Part shown: one piece after another, positions 1 to 9,717 of the stretch | Layout of the letters: every line of letters begins with the position of its first letter | How positions within the stretch are numbered: position 1 is the first letter of the stretch | DNA from: a virus | IMG/VR virus record: IMGVR_UViG_3300037011_001068 | Coordinates: 1 to 64,000 of that record | Reading direction: 5' to 3' (one strand) | DNA length: 64,000 nucleotides | The notes under the pieces: model-generated | What the model was told of the DNA's origin: nothing | The model's database searches: none | The model's input: only the letters and a program-made list of their open reading frames with translations | Position numbers and translations under genes: made by a program

Positions 1-230
1 ATCTAGATCAAGGCAAGGTGAAATTCTATCCAGGAAAAGCGCCGGGAGTTAGCACACGCCTTGGAATCCATTATCTCTGCCATCCGACATGGCTTGTCGT
101 GGAATACCCGCATTTGTTACGCGGAACATTGAAAGCCTTGAAGCAAAAGCACCCTACAACGACAGAAGGAACCCTCATGCTTTTGCCAAATCAAGCGCTC
201 ATCCGTTACGATTTTTTACCGGGACCCTGA
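1..230 (+). CDS. 3' end of a phage virion (head-tail/neck) protein, truncated by the window start
   Basis: Open frame from the window edge to TGA 228-230, immediately upstream of the tail operon. Confidence 0.5.
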   Translation, partial: LDQGKVKFYPGKAPGVSTRLGIHYLCHPTWLVVEYPHLLRGTLKALKQKHPTTTEGTLMLLPNQALIRYDFLPGP

Positions 231-232
231 TC

Positions 233-1048
233 ATGATTAGAACGTATTTTGTTGGAGATCTCATTCCAAGTGGTCTAGCTTCTCCACCCCCTTCCGAGGT
301 GGTGGATGCGATTCTCATGGACATAGCAACCGGGGTCCGTGCGGAATGGCAACGGCTTGCGAGTGCGGATTCTTCATCTTTTCGCTTTGACTACTTGAAT
401 GGAATTCAAGAAGTTGAAATGCTTTCCGGCCGAGCAGTGGTCTCCCTGGTAGGAGAAATTCCACATCTTCTGGAAGATGGATCTTCGGCATTCGACCTCC
501 GAAATACGCTCCTCGGGCCCAACGTGCCTGTGAAACCCTTCGGGCAGAAGGGAAAGAGGCTTGGGAAGAAGGGGCAGTTTTATCGAGCCATTCCTTTTAG
601 GCACACAAACCCCAATGCTGGAAAGACCCTTGGGCAGCCGATGGGATCCGCATACCAGGGGCATGAAGCAATCTCCAATGCCAAGAAGCTCGGGAAATCG
701 GTGTATGGCGAAGCGAAGCAGCTCGCTGCTACCGTAGGGGCTCCCTACCAGCAAACCGTTTGGGGCGGAAAGCTTGATACCTCTTCCCTCGGGCCAGGGG
801 GCGGGCTCATCCCACTTTTAAAATCCCACCATAAGACTGACATTTATTCTGGGATGTATAAGATGCAAAAAACCTATGAAAGTGCAACCCAATCGCAGTA
901 CATGACTTTTCGCACCATTTCAACTAATGTTACAACGGGCTGGATACGTAAACCTATTCGAGCAAGGCATTATGCTGCGAATGTGGCGGATTATGCGGCA
1001 AAGATAGCGCCTACAGCTTTTTCGGCCTATTTTGGGGGTAAAGAATGA
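233..1048 (+). CDS. phage neck/tail-completion-type virion protein
   Basis: ATG 233 just after the upstream stop (ORF track 89 is over-extended); LLEDGSSAFDLR motif of myovirus neck-region proteins; position before the sheath. Confidence 0.55.
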   Translation: MIRTYFVGDLIPSGLASPPPSEVVDAILMDIATGVRAEWQRLASADSSSFRFDYLNGIQEVEMLSGRAVVSLVGEIPHLLEDGSSAFDLRNTLLGPNVPVKPFGQKGKRLGKKGQFYRAIPFRHTNPNAGKTLGQPMGSAYQGHEAISNAKKLGKSVYGEAKQLAATVGAPYQQTVWGGKLDTSSLGPGGGLIPLLKSHHKTDIYSGMYKMQKTYESATQSQYMTFRTISTNVTTGWIRKPIRARHYAANVADYAAKIAPTAFSAYFGGKE

Positions 1049-1719
1049 TCCATCGTCTTCTTTATACGACGTTACAACAGGGTGTCCAGCAATTTTTGGG
1101 CAATCTATCCCTGCTTGAGGATATTTTTCTTTGGGATTATGACTTGGAGCAAAGCGAGATGGATCTCATCAAGAAGTATTTTGTGGAACATCCTCCAGTA
1201 GTGATCAATGGGTACATGAGGAGGGATGCAGTTTTTCCTTCGGTAGCGATTGTTTTGGGGCAAGAGCAAGAGACTGACAAGTTTATTGGGGATCATGCTG
1301 GTATATTGGATGAAGAAAATGAAGAGCATAATGGGGCTGATATTAAGGGTTCAATCTGGGATTACGTTTACCATATATTCATTTATACTGAGCATCCTGA
1401 CATTACAGCATATTATTATGAGATTATGAAAGCTATCTTGATTTTGAATCTTCCGGTTTTCTATAAGTACGGACTCTTTGACGTTGCATTTTCTGGACAG
1501 GATTTGGCACCCGACGTGCAGTATCTCCCAGAACATCTTTTTGTTCGCCAGCTTCAGATGTCTTGTCGAAGGGAATCTAATCACGTTGATCAGGGATCGC
1601 GGTTAGGCAAAGCTTACAAGGTGACAGGCATTGCCATTGACAGATCGGGCAGTCCGCGCGATCCTGGCGAAGTAAAAACCCTTGTCACGCTTACTGATCC
1701 AGGAGGCACCCATGACTAA
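1045..1719 (+). CDS. putative tail terminator/completion protein
   Basis: ATGA overlap with previous gene; FPSVAIVL..E motif; position upstream of the sheath. Confidence 0.5.
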   Translation: MIHRLLYTTLQQGVQQFLGNLSLLEDIFLWDYDLEQSEMDLIKKYFVEHPPVVINGYMRRDAVFPSVAIVLGQEQETDKFIGDHAGILDEENEEHNGADIKGSIWDYVYHIFIYTEHPDITAYYYEIMKAILILNLPVFYKYGLFDVAFSGQDLAPDVQYLPEHLFVRQLQMSCRRESNHVDQGSRLGKAYKVTGIAIDRSGSPRDPGEVKTLVTLTDPGGTHD

Positions 1720-2014
1720 GGCCAAGCAGGACACCCCCGAGACCCCCTTGGAGGGTTCAACCCCTAAAAGCGATCCTGTTCTTTTTGGTGCAGCCGAGGC
1801 ACGTATGACCCCTATGCCTCAAGCTTCGCCAGTGGAACCACCCTTGGAGACAAAAGTCGCGGTTCCTTTCGCGATTTTTGCGTCTTTGAGTGGGCTCAAA
1901 GTAGACCAGATCGCAAGCTTTAGACACTTTGCCCAGAAATCGAAGCTCGGGCCCATGGCAGTTGAGTCATGGAGACTTGCGCTTCAGGAATTTCTGGCCC
2001 GGCCGTGCAAGTGA
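1712..2014 (+). CDS. small hypothetical protein preceding the sheath
   Basis: AGGAGG SD before ATG 1712. Confidence 0.55.
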   Translation: MTKAKQDTPETPLEGSTPKSDPVLFGAAEARMTPMPQASPVEPPLETKVAVPFAIFASLSGLKVDQIASFRHFAQKSKLGPMAVESWRLALQEFLARPCK

Positions 2015-2024
2015 GAGGTGACGC

Positions 2025-4331
2025 ATGCCCACGTCAATTTTTTTCAACGGCAAGCTGATCTCGGTTCCAGGAGCCTATTCGCGGGTGGATGCTTCCGGTC
2101 TTGAGCAGGTAGGTCTTGGCGCTTCGGGGATTGTGGCTGTAATTGGGTCCGCGGTTGGCGGGAAGCCCGCTTCAGCGATGTTTGAGCCAAAGGATTTCCT
2201 CCGAATTAAGAAGCCAGAGACCGCCCGCGTAATTTTTCGCTCCGGAGATCTTCGCGAAGTAGCGGACATGGTGTTTGCCCCCTCGAGTGATCCGGATATC
2301 CAAGCGGGGGCTCAAGAGCTCGTGTGCATGAAGGTGAATCCAGCTACCCAGAGCGTAGCCACGATGGCCAATGCTTATGGGAATTCCCTTTCGCTCACTT
2401 CCCTGGATTACGGGGCGTACACCGGGCAGATCAATGCATCGGTGGCGGCCGGTACGTCTAAGGGTAAGCTCCTTTCGATTGTTTTCGAGGATTCGGTGGA
2501 GTCGGTGGACGATCTTGGCGGAGACGTGATCCTCAAGGTCAAGTACGTGAAGCCGACAGGCGGCTGGGATACCATGTCCAGTCAGATCCAAGCGGATGGC
2601 TCCTTGAAGTGTCTGGCAACTCGATCTTCTGCCGGCTTGGATACCGATATCTCCGGACAGCTCTCTGGCAACATTGCGTTGCAAGTGAAATCCTCGAGCG
2701 CTTCAGACGTTGGCCTGGTGGTGACCGTATACGGGCTAGATGCCTCTAGCGCGGCAATTTCTGCCTCCTACACTTTGAGTGGTGTCACAGCAGTTCCGGG
2801 AGCCACGGTGTTCTCCAAAGTTCTCGGCGCGCGTGTAGCTGGCACCACAGTGGGTACGGTGACTGTGGAGCCTTCCGGCGGAGGTACTGCGGTGCTCACC
2901 CTGGCAGCCGGAGCGAACCCCCTCAAAGGCCTCTCCAAGGCCTCCTGCATGTATGCCAGTGGAGCGCTCACAGTGGTCGCTAGCGGAGCAAGCGCGGTTC
3001 CTCTCCTCCTCATCGGCTATAGCGCGACCGGGCTCGCACAGCTCGAGAAGCTCACCCTGAACGGAACAACACCTGTGGTCGGGACAGCTAATTGGTCAGA
3101 GGTGACTTACGTTGCGCTTGGCATGGTCTTGGTCGCGACCTCGGTAACGGTGAGCGGAATAGCGCTCCTCTCCACCGCGGCGGTGCAGAGTACAGTCCAG
3201 AAATTGACGGACTACGTGAACGCCAAGGCGGCTGGGGGGTCAGGGTTCGTGATGACTCTTGAGACTGGCTTGACCACCTTGGCAGTCATTGATTTGGACG
3301 TGACTACCGGGGCGCAAGGCGCGGTTAGTTGCTTGAGCCCAGCGGAGCCATCCTATTACGCTGATCTTTGGGCCATGAAAAATTGGATCAACCAAACTTC
3401 GGTGCTCGTTACTGCAACGAAAGCTACAGGTGCAAAAGGTGGGGCCCCTGCTAACACCGTGGCGGCAGTATTTCTGGCTGGAGGCTCTGAGGGAACCACT
3501 TCCGTCTCAGATTGGCAAAATGCGCTCAATCTGCTCAAAAAAACTCGGGTCAATTCGATTGTGGTTCTCACCGCGGATCCGGCCGTGCATATAGCGTTGG
3601 ATGCTCATTGCGCGTATATGTGCGGAGAAGGGCGATCGGAACGAGATGGTTTTGTCGGCTTGCTGAATGCGGGCCTGACCGATGTCGCAACCAAGGCTGA
3701 GATCAAAGATCAGATCGTGAGCTTGAACAGCCGGCACATTCGAGCTTTTGGACAAGCTTTTGAGCGGTACAACACGGCGGGTGATCGGCAGGAATTCCCG
3801 CCCTGCTTTCTTGCCGCTATTGCGGCAGGTATGCAAGCGGGAAGCCCGGTCGGAACAAGCCTCACCTTCAAATACGCAAACCTCCTTTCTCTTCGCCAGC
3901 ATTCCACCTGGAATCCCATGGACGATGCAGAGGAAATGGTGCAGGCGGGTTTGTGTTTTCTTGAAAGCGTGGAAGGTATTGGTCGGCGATTTGTTCGGAA
4001 CGTGACCACACATCTTTCCAGCAACATAATCGCTTACTGCGAAGGCTCGGTCAATGAAGCGGTGAACTACGCAGTCTACAATTTTAGAACCGTGCTCGAG
4101 TGGGCGGTGGGTCGCACGGGTTTTGCGGGAACGGTCAACGCTCTCAAAGCCATTGCCATCAATGCTCTTGGGCTTTTAAAAGATGCAGGGGTGATCATTG
4201 ATTCCAGATCTTTGAGCATCGAGCTCATCGTGGATGTGATGGAAGTCTCGGTGGAGATTGCAGCAGCGATCCCAGTCAATTTCGTTCCGATCACAGTGCA
4301 TCTAAACACCGTTAAACAAACGGCTGTTTGA
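2025..4331 (+). CDS. tail sheath protein
   Basis: N-terminal IFFNGK..PGAYSRVD and C-terminal PVNFVPITVHL motifs; LAGGSEG, AAIAAG and VRNVTTH motifs of contractile sheaths; 768 aa. Confidence 0.92.
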   Translation: MPTSIFFNGKLISVPGAYSRVDASGLEQVGLGASGIVAVIGSAVGGKPASAMFEPKDFLRIKKPETARVIFRSGDLREVADMVFAPSSDPDIQAGAQELVCMKVNPATQSVATMANAYGNSLSLTSLDYGAYTGQINASVAAGTSKGKLLSIVFEDSVESVDDLGGDVILKVKYVKPTGGWDTMSSQIQADGSLKCLATRSSAGLDTDISGQLSGNIALQVKSSSASDVGLVVTVYGLDASSAAISASYTLSGVTAVPGATVFSKVLGARVAGTTVGTVTVEPSGGGTAVLTLAAGANPLKGLSKASCMYASGALTVVASGASAVPLLLIGYSATGLAQLEKLTLNGTTPVVGTANWSEVTYVALGMVLVATSVTVSGIALLSTAAVQSTVQKLTDYVNAKAAGGSGFVMTLETGLTTLAVIDLDVTTGAQGAVSCLSPAEPSYYADLWAMKNWINQTSVLVTATKATGAKGGAPANTVAAVFLAGGSEGTTSVSDWQNALNLLKKTRVNSIVVLTADPAVHIALDAHCAYMCGEGRSERDGFVGLLNAGLTDVATKAEIKDQIVSLNSRHIRAFGQAFERYNTAGDRQEFPPCFLAAIAAGMQAGSPVGTSLTFKYANLLSLRQHSTWNPMDDAEEMVQAGLCFLESVEGIGRRFVRNVTTHLSSNIIAYCEGSVNEAVNYAVYNFRTVLEWAVGRTGFAGTVNALKAIAINALGLLKDAGVIIDSRSLSIELIVDVMEVSVEIAAAIPVNFVPITVHLNTVKQTAV

Positions 4332-4360
4332 GTCGCGAGATCAGAAAGGATAGGTGCGCT

Positions 4361-4834
4361 ATGCCCCAAAAAAGAAATATTATGAGTGGATCGCGGCTCC
4401 GGTTCTTTGTGGATGGTAAGCCAGTTGGCCATGCACGCGGGGTTCGCGTAACAGAAGAATACACCTACGAGCCGGCGGATGTCATGGGAAACATCGAAGT
4501 GGAAGAGTATGTGCCCACTGGATATCGCGTTCGGCTATCCTGCAACAAATTTCGCATTATTAACCAAAGTTTGAAAGCATTAGGATGGCTTCCGACAGTT
4601 GGAAGTAAACCTGAAGATCATTTACTAAATGTTCTTACTTCTGGAGACCTAGAAGCGCATCTAGATGCTTACAAAGTTAGTGATGATGGAAAAACTACTG
4701 AGCAGGTTACCATGCAAACATTTGAGCAGGTGAAGGTGACCACGCACAATTGGACAGTGGACTCTCGAGGTCTAGTGGGTGAAGACGTGGAATTCGTTGC
4801 CATCCGCACTCGAGACGAAGCGGATAAAATTTAG
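4361..4834 (+). CDS. tail tube protein
   Basis: Follows the sheath; VDGKPVG...VMGNIEVEEYVPTGY motif; about 157 aa. Confidence 0.85.
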   Translation: MPQKRNIMSGSRLRFFVDGKPVGHARGVRVTEEYTYEPADVMGNIEVEEYVPTGYRVRLSCNKFRIINQSLKALGWLPTVGSKPEDHLLNVLTSGDLEAHLDAYKVSDDGKTTEQVTMQTFEQVKVTTHNWTVDSRGLVGEDVEFVAIRTRDEADKI

Positions 4835-4913
4835 GTTTTCCACAGGCAGGTGCCTCCAAGTTGGACCCCCTCCTCACGGGTACGTCCACGGTTCCTCACC
4901 GTCATTGAGGAAA

Positions 4914-4950
4914 AGGGAGCCTTCTCTTGGTCGGAGGCTCCTCTTTTTTT
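4914..4950 (+). terminator. intrinsic terminator after the tube gene
   Basis: GGAGCCTTC-N8-GGAGGCTCC stem (one G-U pair) followed by TC and T7. Confidence 0.7.
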
Positions 4951-5016
4951 CAGCTCTTGCTCCCTTCTTGCAGCTCACCGATGCTTAAAGAAACTACTCG
5001 AGAGGATGGAAGGGCA

Positions 5017-5502
5017 ATGAACACGGAAAGAACGAGATCGCCGAAAGAAATTTTGGACCGGTTGACTCCTACCCATTTGCAGGTTCCGGATGTGACCGAA
5101 GACCTCAAGGAGGAGCTCACCCAAAAATTAGACCTTGATCAAAAGGAGGCAAAGCCAGACCCTAAAGCAGAAAAAGAGTACACGTTCCAGATCGATTACA
5201 AGGGTGGGAACGGAAAAATGTGGAAGGGGGCCTTTCGGAACCGCATTCTTTCTATCCGCGATCGGCAAGTGGTGGGCGTCATGCGTGCGCGCCTCTGTGG
5301 TGGCCTTCCCCAGGAGTCGCTGGATCCACTCACCCGAGAAATCAACCTCATGGTCTCTCACCTTGCTTTCAGCTTAGTCGAAAAGCCAGCGTGGGCGGAA
5401 GAGCTTCGCGATTTGGATGATGTTCGGCTCCTGCAAGCGATTTATGAGGAGGTGCTCTCCCACGAGGCATCCTTTCACGGCTACGGAAACGGTCCGGTGT
5501 AG
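5017..5502 (+). CDS. tail assembly chaperone (short form)
   Basis: Between tube and tape measure; KPAW motif; ends just after the TCC TTT C slip site. Confidence 0.7.
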   Translation: MNTERTRSPKEILDRLTPTHLQVPDVTEDLKEELTQKLDLDQKEAKPDPKAEKEYTFQIDYKGGNGKMWKGAFRNRILSIRDRQVVGVMRARLCGGLPQESLDPLTREINLMVSHLAFSLVEKPAWAEELRDLDDVRLLQAIYEEVLSHEASFHGYGNGPV

Positions 5503-5848
5503 AGCTGAAAAGAATTTCTGGACGACAGCCCGGCAGCTTCAGCGGTGGTGGTCCCGAAAGTACAAGCTTCCCCTGAATCATCCCCTCTGCATCGGGCAGG
5601 CTGAAGGGGAGCTTCGGCAAGAATTTATCGAGGACCTCCTTGAGCGGCGACATGACCTCGAACAGGAAATCAAGGAGACGAAAGGTGCGGATCTTTCAGC
5701 GATCGAGCGCCAGCTCCGAGGGGTACTCCGAGCTCTTGGGGAGGAGCCGGAAGAGGAGTACGATCCTCTCATTGAGCAGTGGGAAAAAGACATAGAAGCG
5801 GGCCTAGACCCTTATGTGGAGGAACCTAAATGGCCGATAAAGAAGTAA
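5474..5848 (+). CDS. tail assembly chaperone C-terminal extension (+1 frame, likely expressed by frameshift)
   Basis: Overlaps the chaperone in the +1 frame; RWWSRKYKLPLNHP motif; no obvious SD/start of its own. Confidence 0.6.
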   Translation, partial: FTATETVRCRAEKNFWTTARQLQRWWSRKYKLPLNHPLCIGQAEGELRQEFIEDLLERRHDLEQEIKETKGADLSAIERQLRGVLRALGEEPEEEYDPLIEQWEKDIEAGLDPYVEEPKWPIKK

Positions 5849-8199
5849 AGACTTCTGTAATTCTGGAAGCACAGGCCAAAGGTTTTGAACAGGCGGAGCG
5901 GCAAGTGACGGGCTTGAAGGAGTCGGCTGCTAATCTTGCTCTAGATGAAGCGTACAAAAAGGGAGAAAAAGCGGCCGATGGGATGATCAAGAGTGCCGAA
6001 GGTCTTTCTAAGGCGCTTTCGGGCCAGCAAATCTCGGTGACCAAACTCGCAGAATCCATCAAGCAAAAGCTTGAGGATATTGATAAAATCACCTACGAGA
6101 ACGCAGCCGACCAGATCAAGGAGCTGAAGGAAAATCTGTTTGGAGTAGAAAAGCAGGGCATCGCTATGGCGAAAGCGCTGCAAGAAAGTGGGGAGAAGGG
6201 ATCCGAAGAGTACCAGGAGACCAAGAAAGTGCTGAAGGCGCTTGAAGAGCAAGCGAAGACCACCCGCAAAGAAATCGAGATGCTCACCCGGGCTTTCATG
6301 CAAGCGAAGCCGGCGCAGGGCGCTCTTCTTCAGGGTTTTCTCCAGGGGGTTGGTCCGATGGCTTCCGCGTTCCTTCAGCGGGGCCCTGGCATGGGTTCGC
6401 AGTTTCTTGGGCAAATGCTGGGAACAGGCGCTCGGCGAATGGCCATGGCGGGAATCGGGATCGCAGGGTCCATGTTCACGGGTCTTGGAGGCCTTCAGCA
6501 AGGGATTGCTCAGATGCCTTATATGGGGGGCTTTTTTGCTGGCCAGCTTGGGGCAGCGGCCGGGCATGCCGGCCGAGCTTTGGACTGGCAGAAGGCCCAG
6601 CTTGAGCTCCTTCCGTATTTCGGTTCTTCTGGATTTCTGGAAAAAAGAGCAAGTAGAAAAGAAGAGGCTGAGGCGGACTGGAATCTTTTTTCTAAAAAAG
6701 AGGAGCCTCCTAAGCCAAAGTTTCCAGAGGGTGTTAGTGCAACGATGATTTTGGGTAAAGATAATAAAATGCATGCGATACCTGTGATTGATGCTGAAGT
6801 TGCAATAGGTGCTGCCAAAGATATTGCACTTGAAGAGCAAACTAGAAATGTAGGGCGTCGCGGTGAAATGAGAGCTTCTCGGTTGGGATGGGAAGCCAAA
6901 GGTGGAGCAAAACAGTTAGAGGGAATGGATTTGCGTATGTATCAAATGGATAAAGCAACTAAAGATTATGAAGCACAGCAGCTTTGGAAAGAGGAGGAGC
7001 AGCGAAAGAGGACCCAGCTTTTGCAGGAACGCCAGGGATCTTTCGGGGCAGTAGGAGGTGTGGGGCACGAATTACGTGGTCTGGATTTCTTGCAGTCCGT
7101 TCAGGAGGCAGGGCAGCTTATTCAAGCTGGAGGAGGATGGGTAGGAGAAGCAACGCGGAGGGGGGCTATCAGCACAGGTTTTGCAGCGAAAACCATGTAT
7201 GGGGTGGATTATGAGACCTCGGGTGGCTATCTTCGCGCAGCAAGGCGGGGGGGAATGATCAGCGTGGGAGCGGAACAGGATGCGGGAACGCTTCTCTTGT
7301 CTGGATTAAAAGATGCCGTAACCCTGGGGCTCACTGGTGCAGAAGTACCAGAGTATTTGCAGACCATGGTCGGGCAATTTCAACAATGGCAAACGACAGG
7401 CCTTCCCCTCAACGATAAAGGCTTTGGACGGGTTGCATTGAGCCTTTCTCAAGCGGGAATTGCAGCTCCTCGAGCAATGGAGATGACTCGAGGCATTTCC
7501 AATTATCTGCAAGGAATGGGTCAACGTGGAATTCAAAGTGGCTTGGATCTCTACATGCTCCATGCTGTGGGTGGCTATAAAGGCGGCGGTGCAGCGGGGT
7601 ATGTGGGAGCTATCACCGGCATGGAGAGTCTCAAGGGAAGCACAGAAGGGCTTACAAAGGAGAGCCCCATTGGAAAAGCGCTCCTCGGTGTGGTGCAGAT
7701 GATGGCCCTCGGTTCTCCTGCAGGCCAACAAATTTTTATGCAAAAACAGCTTGGAAAAATGGGAATTGCGGCGGGGATGGAAGAAAGTGGCTTGATCTTA
7801 AAAAATCTTACGGGTGCCAAGCTTACTTCTAAAGAGCAAATGGCAATTAATCGTGAAAATCTGCAAAGAGAGCAGGCTACACCAGAGCTTGCAGCGCTTC
7901 AGGGTAAAGATGCACTTTTGACGACCGCAAAGAAATACATCGATGAGCTCACCCCCGGTCTCAAGAAGCAATCAGAAATTCAGAATCATCAACTGGAAGT
8001 TGGAACCAGGCTTTTAACGGCGGTCCAATCATTAGAATCTTCTGCAACGAACACAAATTCTGCTTTTGCATCTCTGGCGTCAGGGCCCATCACACGGTTG
8101 TCCTCCGCTTTTGAAAGCCTTACCGGGTTGATCGATAAATTGACAAATAAGTGGTGGCAAAATACCGAGGCAGAAGCAATAAAGGTTGGTCATAATTGA
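5830..8199 (+). CDS. tape measure protein
   Basis: N-terminal coiled coil; Gly/Ala/Gln-rich helical 789-aa protein after the chaperone. Confidence 0.8.
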   Translation: MADKEVKTSVILEAQAKGFEQAERQVTGLKESAANLALDEAYKKGEKAADGMIKSAEGLSKALSGQQISVTKLAESIKQKLEDIDKITYENAADQIKELKENLFGVEKQGIAMAKALQESGEKGSEEYQETKKVLKALEEQAKTTRKEIEMLTRAFMQAKPAQGALLQGFLQGVGPMASAFLQRGPGMGSQFLGQMLGTGARRMAMAGIGIAGSMFTGLGGLQQGIAQMPYMGGFFAGQLGAAAGHAGRALDWQKAQLELLPYFGSSGFLEKRASRKEEAEADWNLFSKKEEPPKPKFPEGVSATMILGKDNKMHAIPVIDAEVAIGAAKDIALEEQTRNVGRRGEMRASRLGWEAKGGAKQLEGMDLRMYQMDKATKDYEAQQLWKEEEQRKRTQLLQERQGSFGAVGGVGHELRGLDFLQSVQEAGQLIQAGGGWVGEATRRGAISTGFAAKTMYGVDYETSGGYLRAARRGGMISVGAEQDAGTLLLSGLKDAVTLGLTGAEVPEYLQTMVGQFQQWQTTGLPLNDKGFGRVALSLSQAGIAAPRAMEMTRGISNYLQGMGQRGIQSGLDLYMLHAVGGYKGGGAAGYVGAITGMESLKGSTEGLTKESPIGKALLGVVQMMALGSPAGQQIFMQKQLGKMGIAAGMEESGLILKNLTGAKLTSKEQMAINRENLQREQATPELAALQGKDALLTTAKKYIDELTPGLKKQSEIQNHQLEVGTRLLTAVQSLESSATNTNSAFASLASGPITRLSSAFESLTGLIDKLTNKWWQNTEAEAIKVGHN

Positions 8200-8224
8200 T
8201 CTATAATTATATATAAGGTGAAAC

Positions 8225-9715
8225 ATGCCGCGAGGATTTCAAGGTAGCGAGACCACCAGGGCTCTTGTGACCGTTTATCAGCACGGGGATGATCCTATCC
8301 TTTTGAGCTCGGAGCCTGGGGAATTTGGAATTGCTGGACGAGGCGGAGAGGATGTTCGTCCAGTTGTACGGATGGTATCAGCGAGTAAAATTTTAGGGGA
8401 TCCTTCGGGTTCTTTCCAGGTGGATGTGAAGCCCTCTCGCGCAGCGGCTTCGCTCTTTCAGCGTCTTGATGGGGATGACTGGATCGATATTTCTTTTGGG
8501 AGGCATGGGCAATATTGGCACGTCTTCCGAGGGCTAATCAAAGATCTTCGGCGTTCCCAGACGGTCAACGGACGAGGCGCGACCGTGGAGTCTTTTACAA
8601 TTTCTGGAGAGGATTTTGGCTCAATCTGGATGAACAGCCCGATTTGGTTCTCCCCTTATGCCAACGACATGGTAACTGAAGCTGTATGCGCCAAAATTTT
8701 TGATTTTAAGCCAGCAATTCGAGGAGCTCCCAATGAAGCGGTGAAAGGTTACTTGAAAGGCTTTCTCGAGGAGCTTCGGAGTAACAAGGGCCCTAATTGG
8801 AATCCCCCAAATTCCATGCCTGGGATCGTGGAGGGAAGCTTTTTGAAGAGCGTTTCCTTTTGGGATGACGCGGGAGCGGGTGGCTTTCAAAATCTCCCGA
8901 AACGGCAAGCCTTCAATCCAAACTTTGGAAATGAAGATGCTCAGCTATGGCAGCTTGCCATTGAGCATTCTGATCCACTTTTTGTAGAGGTGTTCACGGA
9001 GCTTTTCGCTGAGGGAAGTCCGGTTGGATCAAAAACGCAGAAAGGAGATCCTCTTTCGCCAAAGGATTCCAAGATGACGGTGGTCATTCGGGATCGGCCT
9101 TTTCCAGTAGTCGATCCAGAAATTGCGGCGATCGGTTACAAGGCCTCCTGGGATAAGCTCCCCGTGTTTGTAATTTCTCCTCAGCAGATTGTCTCTCGGG
9201 AGCTTGTGCGTAGTGAGCGAGAGCGATTCAATGCCTATTTCGTCTCGAGCCTTTTGCAGCAGGAAGTTGCGGGTCCCTATGCTTTGAGCCTCATGGCCCC
9301 CCTGATTCATGAGAAGAGCATGCAACGGCATGGGCTTCGACGGATGGACATTCAAACCCTACAAGTGCCGGTTGATCTGCGGTTCGATCGTCTTGCTGAG
9401 GTGCAGAGGCGTATTCTTCGAGATTTTTACTGCATGAACCCTTATTTTTTGAGCGGAACAATTGATCTCGCGATAGGTCGTCCAGAAATTAAGCTCGGAA
9501 CGCGCGTTCGGGTGCTTCCTATGCGCGTGGATGAACCGGAAGAAAATTTTTATGTGGAGTCTTGGACCCATCGTTGGCAATTCGGGCAGGGAATTCGGAC
9601 CTCCCTCGGTGTAACCCGCGGATGGCTTGGGGATGACAGAGACTACCTTGGGTGCTTGCAAGAGGAGAGTAAAAATTATCGAGTGCCTACTTTTTTGGGA
9701 ACCTTTGGAGTTTAA
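8225..9715 (+). CDS. baseplate hub-like protein
   Basis: VFRGLI...ISGED, SGTIDLAIGRPEIKLG and FYVESWTH...TSLGVTRG motifs typical of hub proteins. Confidence 0.7.
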   Translation: MPRGFQGSETTRALVTVYQHGDDPILLSSEPGEFGIAGRGGEDVRPVVRMVSASKILGDPSGSFQVDVKPSRAAASLFQRLDGDDWIDISFGRHGQYWHVFRGLIKDLRRSQTVNGRGATVESFTISGEDFGSIWMNSPIWFSPYANDMVTEAVCAKIFDFKPAIRGAPNEAVKGYLKGFLEELRSNKGPNWNPPNSMPGIVEGSFLKSVSFWDDAGAGGFQNLPKRQAFNPNFGNEDAQLWQLAIEHSDPLFVEVFTELFAEGSPVGSKTQKGDPLSPKDSKMTVVIRDRPFPVVDPEIAAIGYKASWDKLPVFVISPQQIVSRELVRSERERFNAYFVSSLLQQEVAGPYALSLMAPLIHEKSMQRHGLRRMDIQTLQVPVDLRFDRLAEVQRRILRDFYCMNPYFLSGTIDLAIGRPEIKLGTRVRVLPMRVDEPEENFYVESWTHRWQFGQGIRTSLGVTRGWLGDDRDYLGCLQEESKNYRVPTFLGTFGV

Positions 9716-9717
9716 AA

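Noticed and set aside
5941-6840. Long antisense ORFs (also 30176-30985, 33987-34940, 41706-42563 and 61810-62463 opposite parA)
   Set aside because: They lie opposite well-supported genes and show no recognisable motifs
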